Source: Centroscyllium fabricii (taxonomy: Eukaryota). From it: a DNA stretch of 64,000 nucleotides. The first letter of the stretch is position 1. Each line of letters starts with the position of its first letter. The DNA is taken from assembly GCA_051313645.2 (NCBI GenBank), contig JBNRSN020000016.1, positions 47,988,001 through 48,052,000 on the forward strand, read 5' to 3'. A program made the position numbers and the translations under genes. The notes beneath the pieces are model-generated. The model made no database searches and had not been told where the DNA came from. It was given only the letters and a program-made list of their open reading frames with translations. This document shows positions 50,401-63,414 of this stretch, one piece after another.

Positions 50401-52744
50401 AAAGTTCTTTTAAGCATTGACTGCTGAGCCAAGAATTAACTGCAAATTCATTCTTTCAGTGTTTGTTTAGTGTCTGAATGCATTTAAAAATAGAGTCTAC
50501 AACAGAATGTCTTCATAGTTTACCTTTTATCTTGACAAACCTTGACCCTAACATGATGAATCTCATTAAAAATCAAGAGCAATCAAGTATTTCTTTTTAC
50601 TTTTCAATCCAAGAGATAATGCTACTGGCCTTGAAGAGGTCATTTTCTGACCGTGTGCTGCAGGCGGGGAGCTTCACCCGTCAATTGAGCATATTAAAAA
50701 TTGAACAGGCGCTGTGCATGATTTTCCAGTCATTTGAAATAATGGTTGGGAAATCGTGCACCTTGCATGCCAGAGTTTCCGCGGTGCACTAGTGGTGGAC
50801 GAGACTTCCCGCTGGCAAGGGCAAAGTCAGAAAATTATTCCTGCAAAGTCAACGTTCAATCAATGGGCTTGACACTCACCAAAGAAAGATGTCCTGTTTT
50901 TTTTTGTGCTCATCAAATTAGGGAACGGAACTTCTCTTATTTATCGCACTCTGTGTCAACATCAAGCATTCCCAAATCCGGTGTAGCTTAACCAGATGCA
51001 GAAATAAACTATCCCCTACTCTGTCCCGACATATTTCAGCCTCAATCACAAAAGAATAACCCCCTATTGCACAACGTGACCGTTGTCCCATTTCCCGTAC
51101 CAGCCACCCTTTGACCTTTGATTGAGGTTATCAATTAGCGCTTATTTCAGGAACATTTTGCATTGTAGATCCATGCTTTATAAAACACATTCCATAAAGG
51201 ACCTTTTACAGCCAGACTTTCATTCCATCAGCATGAGCTGGATTTGAACCTACGTACTAGAGGAAAAGTCTGTGTCTAACCTACTGCATCAACACTGTCC
51301 ACTTCCCTCCGCAGACATTGACTCTTTGTGTGATACAGTTGTATGAGTATTGCCAGGCCTCACCTCAGCCAACTGGTGATTTTTCATGTATGAGCCTAAG
51401 CACTCCGCCTTGGCATGCTAACCAACTATGGAGAGACAGTGCAACAAAGCCCGATGCCTGTACGTGTGCTTTCTAACAGGAATCACTGGATAGCAATTGC
51501 GCACAGGAACCCTGGAAGTGGGTGGGGTGGGGGATGCGGGTGGTGGTGGTGGGGGGTAATTTTGCCAAAATTTAAAATGACCCCTTTGAGTGCGAAGGCC
51601 AAATATAGAACCCCAACAGCTGACTTGACTGAGATCTGCTAAGTGCATGAATTGAACCTGGGAGCCTCTGGTCCATGTGGATTAACTCTGTACCAGGTGA
51701 TGCATTTACCATGAAACTATTGGGAGCTTTTAATTTTCTGTATAGGCAGAGAGAAATTCTGCCCCTTTTAATATTTTTATGCAACTTAGATTATATGGAA
51801 ATAGTAACCATTTCTAACCATGAAGCAGTCAAGGTATGTGTATTTCTGTAGATATTTATATAAGATACAGTAGTCCATTTAGTAAGTGGTTTATAGTAAG
51901 GTTTTAGTAATTCAAACACACCAACAGGAACAGATGTGGGTTATAGATACCACCCAGAGAAGATCAGATATTGTCTATTTATATTTTATCAATTGCTTAA
52001 AGTCATTGCCATGGTGGTGAGCTGGCTCCTCGTTAACTGTTTGTATGTCTTCTACCTTTGACTACTGAAATGGACAGATTGTGGGAATGCTTTACCAGCC
52101 GTCCGTGGACTCTTTGCTTTAGCAGGAGAGAAGCTCATTTGCTGATTTAATTTCACGTGAACTAAGGTAGATGTGAACTCCAGGGATCTCTGAGGGGGTG
52201 GCTGTGTTCAGTCTTGTAGAAACTGAAGGTGCTGGCTATTTAATAAGCCCTCCAGCAGCAGCTTGGCTCGATGGGTAGCACTCTTGCTTATGAATTGGGT
52301 TGTCTTGGTTTCAAGCCTTGTGTCTGCCTGCTCATACGGATGTGAAAGATCCCATGACAGTCGAAGACAGTAGACATTGAAGAAATGGTCTCCTGGTATC
52401 GCAGCCGCAATTTCTTCATCAGCCAAGTCTACAAAAACAGATGAATTGCTTATTTTTCTCATTTTCTGTTTGTGCAACTTTTATGTACACAATTGGCTAC
52501 TGTGTATTCCTACATAACCACACAGATTGCAATTCAAAATAATTCATTAATTATGAAGTGTTTTGGATTTGGATATTGAGTATGAGGGACACTACCAACA
52601 TTTGCAGAAACACAAACATAAGCTACATGGTTAACTTTATAGAGCACTTCAGGAGGTCATAAATTAGTTCATATGTTGGGCAGTCAGATGTCAGATTAAA
52701 TTTAACAGGGCAAATGTGAGGTGATTGGAGGAAGGCCAATTTCA

Positions 52745-54837
52745 GTGGGTTGAGAATGGACCTGGCCCGGGTAAATTGGAATCAAAGATTGGCAGGCAAA
52801 ACGTAACTGAACAATGGGCTGCCTTTAAAGAGGAGATGGATCGGGTACAGTCGAGTACATTCCCACGAGGGGGAAAGGTAGGGCAACCAAAGCCAGAGCT
52901 CCCTGGATGACTAGAGAGATTGAGAGTAAGATGAAGCAGAAAATGAGCGCATATGACAGATATCAGGTTGAGAATACAAGTGAGAACCAGGCTGAATATA
53001 GAAAGTTCAGAGGAGAAGTGAAAAGGAAAATAAGAGGGGCAAAGCGAGAGAATGAGAATAGACTGGCAGCTACCATAAAAGGAAATTCCAAAGTCTTCTA
53101 TAGGCATATAAATAGTAAACGGGTAGTAAGAGGAGGGGTGGGGCTGATTAGGAGCCAAAAAGGAGACCTACGCATGGAGGCAGAGGGCATGGCTGAGGTA
53201 CTAAATTAGTAATTTGCATCTGTCTCCACCAAGGTAGAAGATGCTGCCAAAGTCATAGTGAAAGAAGACGTAGTGGAGATACTGGATGGGATAAAAATTG
53301 ATAAAGAGAAGGTGCTAGAATGGCTGGCAGAATTTAAATTAGATGAATCACCAGGAGCGGATGAGATGCATCCTAGGAGGCTGAGGGAATTGAGGGTGGA
53401 AATCGCGGAAGTACTGGTCATAATATTCCAATCCCCCTTGGATACAGGGGTGGTGCCAGAGGACTGGAGAATTGCAAATGTTGCTCCATTATTCAAAAAA
53501 GGGTGCAAGGATAAACCCAACAACTACAGGCCAGTCAGTTTAACCTCGGTAGTGGGGAAGCTTTTAGAAAAGATGATCAGGGACATAATTAACAGTCACT
53601 TGGATGAGTGTGGATTAATTACGGAAAGCCAGGATGGATTTGCCAAAGGTAAATCGTGTTTAACTAACTTGATTGAGTTTTTTGATGAGGTAACAGAAAG
53701 GGTTGATGAGGGCAATGGGGTTGACGTGATGTACATGGACTTCCAAAAGGTGTTTGATAAAGTGTCACATAATAGGCTTGCCAGCAAAGTTGAAGCCCAT
53801 GGAATAAAAGAGACAGTGGCAGCATAGATACAAAATTGGCTAAGTGACAGGAAACACAGAGTTGTGGTGAATGGTTGTTTGTCAGGAGGAGGGTATACAG
53901 TGGTGTTCCCCAGGGGTCGGTACTAGGACCACTGCTTTTCTTGATATATATTAATGACTTGGACTTGGGTGTATAGGGCACAATTTCAAAATTTGCAGAT
54001 GACACAAAACTTGGAAGTATCGTGAACAGTGAGGAGGATAGTGATAGACTTCAAGAGGACATAGACAGGCTGGTGAAATGGGCGGACACGTGGCAGATGA
54101 AATTTAATGCAGAAAAGTGCGAAGTGATACAGTTTGGTAGGAAGAACAAAGAGAGACAATATAAACTAAAGGGTACAATTCTAAAGGGGGTGCATGAACA
54201 GAGAGACCTAGGGGTATATGTGGATAAATTGTCGAAGGTGATAGGGCATATTGAGAAAGCGGTTAAAAAAGCATATGGGATCCTGGGCTTCATAAATAGA
54301 GGCCTAGAGTACAAAAGCAAGGAAGTTATGATGAACTTTTATAAAACACTGGTTTGGCCTCAACTGGAGTATTGTGTCCAATTCTGGGCACCGCACTTTA
54401 GGAAGGATGTGAAGGCCTTGGAGAGGGTGCAGAAAAGATTTACAAGAATAGGTCCAGGGATGAGGGACTTCAGTTACGTGGATAGACTGGAGAAGCTGGG
54501 GTTGTTCTTCTTGGAGCAGAGAAGTTTGAGAGGAGATTTGATGGACGTGTTCAAAATCATGATAGGTCTAGACAGAGTAGATAAAGAGAAACTGTTCCCA
54601 TTGGTGTAAAGGTCAAGAACCAGAGGACACAGATTTAAGGGGATTGGCATAAGAACCAAAGGCGACATGAGAGAAAACTTTTTTACGCAGCGAGTGGTTA
54701 TGATCTAGAATACACAAATTGCAGGGCTACGGGGAAAGAGCGGGGGAGTGGGACTAGCTGAAGTGCTCTTGCTGGGAGCCGGCATGGGCTCGACGGGCTG
54801 CATGGCCTCCTTCTGTGCTGTAACCATTCTATGATTT
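52745..54837 (+). mobile_element. CR1 LINE ORF2 remnant (linker, RT, 3' end), multiple stops and frameshifts
   Basis: [58 protein letters not shown]; tail attctatgatt. Confidence 0.93.
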
Positions 54838-55561
54838 TGAGAGGAAGCATAAGACCGATGTACTAAAAGATATAACTTTAAAAGGATGCTTTCGAATTAT
54901 GTGTTCAGAATTAAGAATTAAGATAAGTAAGTCAGTAAAAACGATTTCCAGTAGTTGGTGAGTTGGTAACTAGAGGGCAGAAGTTTAAGATCATCGCCGA
55001 CAGAACAAAGGGAGATGTTCGGAGAATTTCTTTCAGAAACTCTATTTGGATTATCCCAAGGCAGTGTAGACATTATGGAATAACTTTGGTTATAACTTTG
55101 AAGTTATAGGCTCAAGTGAAGGAGGCTTTTCAAGTAATTATCTACTCTGAATAGCGTGTGCTCTGTGAATGCCATGCACATAATAAAAAGGAAAATGAAG
55201 AAGAAAATAATTACGCAGTTCAAACTGCACCAGGTAGGTGATTGGTGGCTTCGGTCAGTGTGAAGCAGGCAGAGAGTACTCAGTGGAACGCCACCCTTGG
55301 ATTCAGTTTGATTTGTTGAGTATTTGGGTCATCAGTTACAGGGTTAGGCAAAACTGAGGTACTTAGCCAGAAGGAAGTATTAATTGGCAAAAGGTTCCAT
55401 TGGCTGCCTACAGAGTGGAATCATTGCCAGAGGTATTGGAGAAGCCCAGAGATATTTTTACACATCAGTTCCGTTGAAGTAGATAGAGAGAAACTGTTCC
55501 CATTGGTGTAAGGGTCAAGAACCAGAGGACACAGATTTAAGGAGATTGGCATAAGAACCAA

Positions 55562-55950
55562 GGCGGCACGGTGCCTCACAGCACTGGAGACCCGGGTTCA
55601 AATCCGGCCTCGGGTGACTATCTGTGTGGAGTTTGCACATTCTCCCCGTGTCTGCGTGGGTTTCCTCCGGGTGCTCCGGTTTCCTCCCACAATCCAAAGA
55701 TGTGCAGGTTAGGTTGATTGTCCATGATAAATTGACCCTTAGTGTTAGGGGGATTGAATATGTGGGGTTACGGGGATAGGGTGGGATATGTGTCGGTGCA
55801 GACTCGAGAGGGCTAAGGGGAGAGGGCAGGGGCGGGGTGCTGGGTTTGGATGATCAGCCATGATCTCATTGAATGGCGGAGCAGGCTCGAAGGGCCGAAT
55901 GGCCTACTCCTGCTCCTATCTTCTATGTTTCTATGCTTCTATGTTTCTAC
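55562..55950 (+). mobile_element. V-SINE with A-box deletion
   Basis: ggcggcacggtg joined directly to cctcacagcactgg; remainder as 690-1095. Confidence 0.9.
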
Positions 55951-56811
55951 GTGCAAGCTATACAACCTGGGAGCAGCATTGTGGAGAAAATTCACGTCAA
56001 TATGTCAGCATGTTAAGGTTAAAGTGTGGTGGGAAAAATATAAGAGACCTGTTCTATAGTTTTCCAACTGTGTTGCAATATTTCTGATCGGAGTCACTGC
56101 AGATCAGTTCCTTTTGAGTTGTCTCTCTTTCTCTCCCCGCCCCCCAACCCGAACAAAACTGGTGTGAACAGACTGAGCAAAAATAAACAGAACACTAGCT
56201 TTCCTTGATTCAAGCTTGGAGTATTTTTGCAGTGACAACGTGGGAACACTGTTAGATTGGCACATAGCCAGATTTTGACATTGGCATTGAGCTGAAGGAG
56301 AGAAGAGCACTTTTACATTCGACCGAGAATTGGAGCAGATGAGACCAAGGCACTGCTTAAGGATGTACAGCTACCTCTGTTTGGTGATCTAGAATCAATT
56401 TCTAGATGTCGCCCTAGAACATGTTGCACGGATTCTCTGTTTAATTTGGTACAAGATGTTTGTAATTTAGACCATTTACCCTGTTCACTTAAAACTGTTT
56501 GACTGCAGCAATAAATGCTGCCAGTTAAGCTCTGCTTACTCTTGCATGAGCCCCTGCTGTTATTGTTTTCTCCTTCCTCTCCTGATAGACTCTCTGGTTC
56601 TACAGACATTTAGTAGTTTGCCCAAAAGGACATTGATCTGTGAGTCCAGATATTGAGTATTGGCAGTGTGCTTGTCAGGGGGCATCACAGACAAGCTCAG
56701 TCTTATCCATACACGTTCACCCTTTAGCAGCAATTATTGCATAAAGATTAGGGACAGGAACCTGAGGTACTGAGGCCAGTTATTTAAAAAAAATCTAATA
56801 TATGTTCATTA

Positions 56812-57131
56812 CAGGTTGAGCACCGGTAATCCGGCACCCGATGGTCCAGCACCTTCAGTGGTCCGGCACGAATGGAGCCGCTGCTCGGCGGCGCCACTGT
56901 TTCCCGCGAAGGGTGGGCGAGCGCCGACGGCGTCGGGTGTTTGGGCTGCTGCTTTTTTTTAGGTCTTCTAAGTGTTCTGTCCCCGGGCTCCCTCCTGGGG
57001 AGTGTTCTACCCGCGCGCTCCGGGCCCCGGGGAGTGTTCTATCCGTGCGCTCCCCCCGAACCTTCAGTGGTTCAGAATTTTCAATGGTCCGGCCTGGTCC
57101 CGAGGGTGCCGGATTACCAGTGCTCAACCTG
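56812..57131 (+). mobile_element. pogo/Tigger-like MITE
   Basis: TIRs caggttgagcaccggtaatccggcaccc / gggtgccggattaccagtgctcaacctg, TA flanks. Confidence 0.92.
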
Positions 57132-57164
57132 TATTAAGTTAAAGGTCATAATAATATTGAAAAA

Positions 57165-57375
57165 AAATAACTTGCATTTATATAGTATCTTTCCCACGCT
57201 CAGGAAGTGCCAACGTGCCTTACAGCCAGCGAAGTACCTTTTGAAGTGTAGTCACTGTTGTAGGGAAATGTGGCAGCCATTTTGCGCACAGCAAAGTCCT
57301 TCAAACAGCAACGAGCTAAATGACCAGATAATCTGTTTGAGTGATGTGGGGTGAGGAATAATTGTTGGCCAGGAA
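57165..57375 (-). mobile_element. Deu-SINE 3' fragment (further partial copies at 57722-57852 and 57949-58002)
   Basis: cttgcatttatatag...acagcc..gaagtac..ttgaagtgtagtc...aatgaccagataatctg as at 3628-3845. Confidence 0.7.
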
Positions 57376-58204
57376 TATTATTGTATGAACATGCAGTTTT
57401 ATGCTCTGTAATAGAATCTGCCTCTGTAGTTAGGAAGTTGTTTTGTTCAGCTTTGTAATTACATTGAGTCCATTCTTCCATATTTCATATGTCATGAACA
57501 TCTGCTAATTCTGTTGATTAATCAGAAGTGAATTAGCACTCTAAAGTTTGAATTTTCTGATTGATTATACCCAATAAATGGGTGTCATTGGGGCAAAGTG
57601 ATCTCGCACATTTCTTGATGGGCGCAGGACGCTACCACCTGTTTCAACTGTAATGTGTCGATGAGGTGGATGTAACATTGTTCGACGTTCATGCAGTTTC
57701 CCAGTGTTTACACCAGATATACAGTGTAGTTGCTGTTATAGGGAAATGCAGGAGCCCGTTTGCGCACAGCAAAGTCCGACAAACAGCAATGTGATAAATG
57801 ACCAGGTAAGCTGTTTGAGTGATGTTGGTTGAAGGATAATTCTTGGCCAGGAAAATTATTGTATGAACATACAGTTTTCTGTTCTGGACTAGAATCTGCC
57901 TCTGCAGTTAGGAAGTAGTTTTGTTGCTTTTTTTAAAAATTCAGATGAAATGACCAGATAATCTGTTTGTGATGTTGGTTGAGGGATAATCGTTGGCTAG
58001 GAATGAGATGAAACACGAGTCCAGGATTACCAGGTGCTGTGCTGGACGTAGAAGTGCTTCACCAAGTATAATTATTGGATTTCAGTGACTCTTCATAAGG
58101 TTTGGCATTGTCCGTTGTAGACTAATGTGCTGCCCACAAATGCATGAAACAACAAACGGGTGCATCAGTTAGCATGGCTAGCAATTTCATCTTTCCTAGT
58201 GACA

Positions 58205-58459
58205 CATAGAAACATAGAAGATAGGAGCAGGCGTAGGCCATTCGGCCCTTCGAGCCTGCTCCGCCATTCAATGAGATCATGGCTGATCATCCAAACCCAG
58301 CACTCTGTCCCTGCCTTGTCCCCATATCCCTCGATCCCTATCGAGCCTGCACCGACACACACCCCACCCTATCCCCGTAACTCCACATATTCAATCCCCC
58401 TAACACTAAGGGTCAATTTATCCTGGCCAATCAACCTAACCCGCACATCTTTGGACTGG
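58205..58459 (-). mobile_element. 5'-truncated V-SINE
   Basis: Reverse complement of V-SINE 3' part. Confidence 0.9.
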
Positions 58460-59088
58460 ACATCACAGGAATATGATAGAGCTACCCAAGGTCACCACAC
58501 TGTTGAATTTCCCAAAGTATAGGGCGATCTTGATAGTGTTCCTGCTCGTACTCTGGCACTTTTATGTTCTCTTCCTCATCTGTGCTCCATGATTCGCTCA
58601 AGTCAACCTCATTAAGCTCGCTAACTATACAGAATTACATAGAAATTACAATACAGAAACAACCTGTTTGATCCACACAAGCAGTAGTCGTAATTCCATG
58701 TTCCCGCCCTGTTGCCATGTCTCTTTATTCCCCATTTCTTCAAAGCAGCCTTAATTTTTCTACTCTTCCTTCATATTTGTATTTCCTCATGCCGGGCAGC
58801 ATCCTAGTGAATCTTCCCTGTACCTGCTCCATTGCTTCAACATCCTTCCTAGTGCGGAGCCCAAAATTGGTTCACCTGTGATCTGACTAAGGTTTTATAT
58901 AGATTCACCGCTATATCTCGAATTTATATTTTAAAAAGGAATAAAAGACTTGCAATAGTGCCATGGAAACTTTTCCATCCACCTGCGAGAGCAGATGGGG
59001 CCTTGGTTTAATGTCTGATCACCTCAGAAAGTGCAGCACTCCCTCACAACTGCACTGGAGTGCCGGCCTAGATTACTGTGCTCAAGTC

Positions 59089-59573
59089 CAGGGCCGGCCT
59101 TAGCAATTGCAGGGCCCAATTTGGACCAGGGTGGAACCTCAGCAATATGATATTACACATCACACAGGGCTGGCTAAACTCAAGTCAGCGCCCAGTATGA
59201 TACCTTAGCATCAATGTGAAAGTAAAGTGATCCAGATCTCCTTCAAGGTTGCTATAATTAGTCATGTTGTGCATGACTGCTCCATGCCTGCATTTCCAGC
59301 CCGAGCCTAATTATTGATTGGTGCCTTTTTGCAGCTCAAAAGAATAAGACACCAGTTATGTAACTTATTTGCACTACTCTCGGGAGCGGCGAGTCTTCGT
59401 TTCGTTGTATTGTGCTAGTACACTGCAATGACAATAAAAATTGAATTGAATTGAGTTTGGTTTGGTGGCGTTAGGGTTTTCAGTGTGGACTTTCAACTAA
59501 TGGGTGTGGGGTCCCCTGTGGGCGCGGGGCCCCATTGGGTCAAATAGGTTCAATTGGCCTAAGGCCGGCCCTG
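59089..59573. mobile_element. hAT-type MITE containing a Rex1 3'-end fragment
   Basis: TIR cagggccggcctta / taaggccggccctg; exact 8-bp TSD ctcaagtc. Confidence 0.88.
59357..59454 (+). mobile_element. Rex1 LINE extreme 3' end
   Basis: Near-identical to the reverse complement of 36312-36406. Confidence 0.88.
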
Positions 59574-59961
59574 CTCAAGTCTCTGGAGCGGTACTTGAAC
59601 CCACAACCTTCTGACTCGGCGGCGCAAGTGATGCCCACTGAGTCACAGCTGATGGCTCTTGCCATAAGACCCAGTATTCCATTAGAATTTTTGTGGCTGG
59701 ATGCATTTCTTTTAAGGTCTTGTAAACCGGACCAACACCACTGCCCTCAATCCCTCAGCTCTTCCACATTAAATAACCTTTGCCCATTCAAAATATACTA
59801 TTTTTAACAAACGTACACCATCACACATTTACTGACATTTGAATTACATCTGTCAGTTTTTTTCCTATTCCATCATCTTATCACTATCCCCCTGCAGCTT
59901 CCTTTAGGCCCTTAGAATGACTTACTCTGCCTCCTCTTTAATATCTTTTTTTTAAATCCAT

Positions 59962-60434
59962 TGATGGGATGTGGGCATCGCTGGCTGGCTAGGCCTGCAT
60001 TTAGTGCCCATCCCTAATTGCCCTCGAGAAGATGGTGGTGAGCCGCCTTCTTGAACCGCTGCAGTCCATATGGTGTAGGTACACCCACAATGTTGCGTAG
60101 CGGTTGTTTACAACTGAGTGGCTTGCTGGGCCATTTCAGAGGGCATTAAGAGTCGACCACGTTGCTGTGGGTCTGGAGTCACGTGTAGGCCAGACCAGGT
60201 AAGGACGGCAGATTTCCTTCCCTAAAGGACATTAGTGAACCAGATGGGTTTTTGCAACAATCGACAATGGTATCATGGTCGCCATTACTAAGACTAACAT
60301 TTAATTCCAGAATTAAATTTAATTGAATTTAAATTGCACCAGCTGCCGTGGTGGGATTTGAACCCATATCCTCAGAGCATTTGACTGAGCCTCTGGTTTA
60401 CTCGTCTACTGACATAACCACTGCGCCACCGCCT
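59962..60434 (-). mobile_element. tRNA-derived SINE sharing its tail with the LINE at 12346-13027
   Basis: Minus strand head gtggcgcagtggttatgtc...ggttcaaatccc; tail gcggttcaagaaggcggctcaccaccatcttctcgagggc...cagcgatgcccacatccca matches 12920-13010. Confidence 0.8.
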
Positions 60435-60894
60435 CATCTGTGAATTTAAGATGTATAAAGCTGGTCTGCTGCTTGCAAAGTGGGTGAGAACAATGCCGAG
60501 GTGTTGGCATGTCCTTTTACATTCTTGCCGTGTGGGCATAGCTGGCAAGGCCAGTATTTATTACCCATCCCAAGTTGTCCTGAGAAGGAGATGATACAAC
60601 TTATTGGCTTGCTGGAATGCTAGTCCTCCAGGTCTACAATGACAGAAAAGTATCTGATGTTACAATGATGTCATTCATGCACCTTCCGACTAAGCTGGCA
60701 TTTTAAAACACTAACTGAGTGTGCTGTTGGTGTTTTTAAATTAAACACCAGCTCGGTTGGAAGGTGCAAGATGTTGTTGTTGTTGCATGGAATACAGCAT
60801 TATGGCAGCGAGCAAGAGGGAGGGAAAACATAAGAGCTGGATGACACGAGCCCATCGCTTGGCAAAAACCTTTGACATCAGCTTCTCTCTTTCC

Positions 60895-61578
60895 TTCAAT
60901 GTGCTACTTTTAGCGCCCTGAAAAGGTTAGCGCCGTTGTGCCCCAAATTCAGTTGTAGCGCCCCAAGCAGGAGGCGGGGTGCTGCTGGAAGCACTCCGCC
61001 TCGTTCCTGGGGCGCTGCAACTGAATATCTCGGCGTCCCGTGCCGCAGCACCACGCTCTGCGGCATGTCGCGCCACGGTACTGCAGGCCTTCCTCCCCTT
61101 CTTAAAGGGGAGGGGCCTAGCTCGGCGCGTCCCAGGGACCAGCTGGGCCACCGGGGAACGGAGTGCCGGCAAAAGAGCCCGACGCTGCCGGCACTCCTCG
61201 GAGGGGGCTTCAGAGGAGGCCGGGGACGGCAAAGGGGGTGGGTGCTGGCAGGCAGCCAGCAACAGAAATGGCCGCCCGGCACCTCCTTTAACTTGTGCTG
61301 CCCCGGCTGCAAGTGCGCCCCCCTGACCCTGTCGGACATAGCGTCTGGTGGTAACTCAGTGGGTGCTACTGAAGATCGTGGCAGGGGCACGAACAGGGCG
61401 CTGCGCATGGCGATGACATAATCACCGGCGGTGCAGCGCCACGGGGCGCTAACGGCTACCGCCGCTGCCAGCCTCCCGCTGAATTTCACGGGAGGTGTGG
61501 GCGGTGCCACGCCCAGGCGCTAGGTGCTTTGCTCCTCGGGCGCTAATGGCTGGCGCAAGCAACCGAATTTTTCCCCCA
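60895..61578. mobile_element. GC/CpG-rich MITE, left end missing
   Basis: Homologous to 19880-20578, including right TIR ggcgcaagcaaccgaatttttccccca. Confidence 0.75.
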
Positions 61579-61864
61579 ATATGTTTTTATAGACAAGGTT
61601 GTCCAGAGTATTCTCCTCCAAGGGATTCTAGCACTTGTAATTTCTAAACCCTATTCCAATTCATGTCTGTTCTCTTGTATTACGTGTCTTCTTGTAGTGT
61701 GAGCAGATAAGCAGCCGTGGCATACGGTAAGTTGGAGAAGTGCATCGGCAATGATGCATGTGAATTTGCAGCCCATTCTGAGTGTCATTAAATGACCCTG
61801 CCTCTAGGATGTGTTATGAAGGTATGTCTGGCCCACGACTTTCACTTGTAAGTTGCAGCTGTAA

Positions 61865-62768
61865 CGGGCCCTGTTTTCCTGTGCTCCAGAAGAGCTGCAC
61901 CCCCACGAAGGGGGGTCAGAAATGCCTCGTGGGGGTGCAGCTCGGGTGATTACCAGAAACGTGAATTTCCTGTGCTGATGGGCAAGGGGCTTCAGCTTCC
62001 TACCCAGGAAGACTTTGAGCTGCAGATTTCCTGTGGCAGCTGCTCAAAATGCGGGTGTATCACGTGGGCAAGTCTCTCTTTTGCTGCACATTTAAAAAGG
62101 AGTCTTAGAGGGCTGCAGGCAGGTTTGAGAAGTGAAAAAAACACGTTTAAAGTTTTTTAAAAATTGATTCCTTTGGAGATATTTGTCTGTGGTCTTTCAG
62201 CTTGTAAATGGGTAGGGTTTTATATTTTTTGGTGAAAGTGAAAAAAAACGGGGATTTGAATGCGATGTCAGCAGCTCTGATGGGCCATCAGAGCTGCTGA
62301 CATCGCGTTCAAATCCCCGTTTTTTTTCACTTTCACCAAAAAATATAAAACCCTACCCATTTACAAGCTGAAAGACCACAGACAAATATCTCCAAAGGAA
62401 TCAAAAAAAAATTAACTTTAAATGTGTTTTTTTCACTGGAGCAAAAAAAAACCCTAACATCAGAAAAGGCAGAAACTTAAAAAAACCAGCTTCCTAGAAA
62501 CTGAAAAAAAACAAAAAAAAGGTCCTTCCCTACCCGATCTTCTTCATCCCGCAGGCCGATTCTGTGCTTTGTGCGGGGGGAAAGCCGACCTCAGTGGGCG
62601 TGGCTTGCACCCCGCACCAAAAAAAAACGTCCCCTCCGCTGGAAAAAAAACCCGGCATTTCCCACAGGAAATTGCCGTCGGAAAAAAAAAAAAAAGTACG
62701 TGCGCGTGCGCCGCGGGTGCTCGGGAGCGCGCACCAGCGGCAAACGGGCCACAGGAAAACATGTGCCT
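61865..62768. mobile_element. Probable MITE with central long palindrome
   Basis: Imperfect TIRs gggccctgttttcctgtg / cacaggaaaacatgtgcc. Confidence 0.55.
62164..62404. repeat. 241-bp near-perfect palindrome (120-bp arms, 1-nt centre at 62284)
   Basis: ...gcagctctgatgg-g-ccatcagagctgc...; one mismatch seen (62261). Confidence 0.95.
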
Positions 62769-63193
62769 TATGGGTATGCATGGTCAGCCATGAAAGGTCA
62801 AGCAGTAAATATGCGAGGTTGTCGGATGATGCTCTGTGCTGTGCTTCTATGAGCCAAGTACCTGGTGAATGAGACGGCCGGATTGCCAACTTCCTTCACT
62901 TGCAGCACTTTCTTTCATGTCTGTTCCTAGTGCCTGTGGGCATTGCATATGACATTGGCTGTGGCTGCCCTCCTGAACTGCTGTCCTATGGGGAGGTTGT
63001 CCTGAAGTGGCAAGCAGGCCACCACTCCTCTTGCTCACCTCATGCAGCAGCAGATGTTCGAATATGCAAAATCCTCAAAACAAGAAAAATAATAAGTGAA
63101 ATAACAACAGAAAACACGAAAGGTCTTCGACCTGAAACGTGTTAACTCTGTTTCTCTCTCCACGGATGTTGCCTGGACTGCTGAGTTTTTCCA

Positions 63194-63414
63194 TGATGTG
63201 GAGGTGCCGGTGTTGGATTGGGGTGGACAAATGCAAGAAGTCTCACACCAGATTATAGTCCAACAGTTTTATTTTAAAGCACAAGCTGTCGGAGCTTTTG
63301 CCCCTTCGTCAGGTGAGCAGTCTCTCTCTTTCACCTGACGAAGGGGCAAAAGCTCCGAAAGCTTGTAATTTAAAATAAAACTGTTGGACTATAATCTGGT
63401 GTTTTGTGACTTCT
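63194..63414. mobile_element. Penelope-like insertion with inverted duplicated end and two hammerhead motifs
   Basis: 12-bp TSD tgagtttttcca (63182-63193, 63415-63426); inverted arms 63234-63316 and 63331-63416. Confidence 0.75.
63331..63368 (+). ncRNA. Minimal hammerhead ribozyme motif
   Basis: UCAC-CUGACGA-A-GGGGC-AAAA-GCUCC-GAAA-GCUU-GUAA. Confidence 0.6.

Larger units (their letters stand above)
58935..59650 (-). mobile_element. Deu-SINE remnant split by a hAT MITE
   Basis: Head cttgaacccacaaccttctgactc...cccactgagtcac at 59594-59647; body gtgcagcactccctca..actgcactggagtg at 59031-59062. Confidence 0.65.

Noticed and set aside
60896-61510. 204-aa ORF and CpG-island promoter (also 19833-20468, 30637-31227)
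   Set aside because: GC-rich interior of a multi-copy MITE; no recognisable domain
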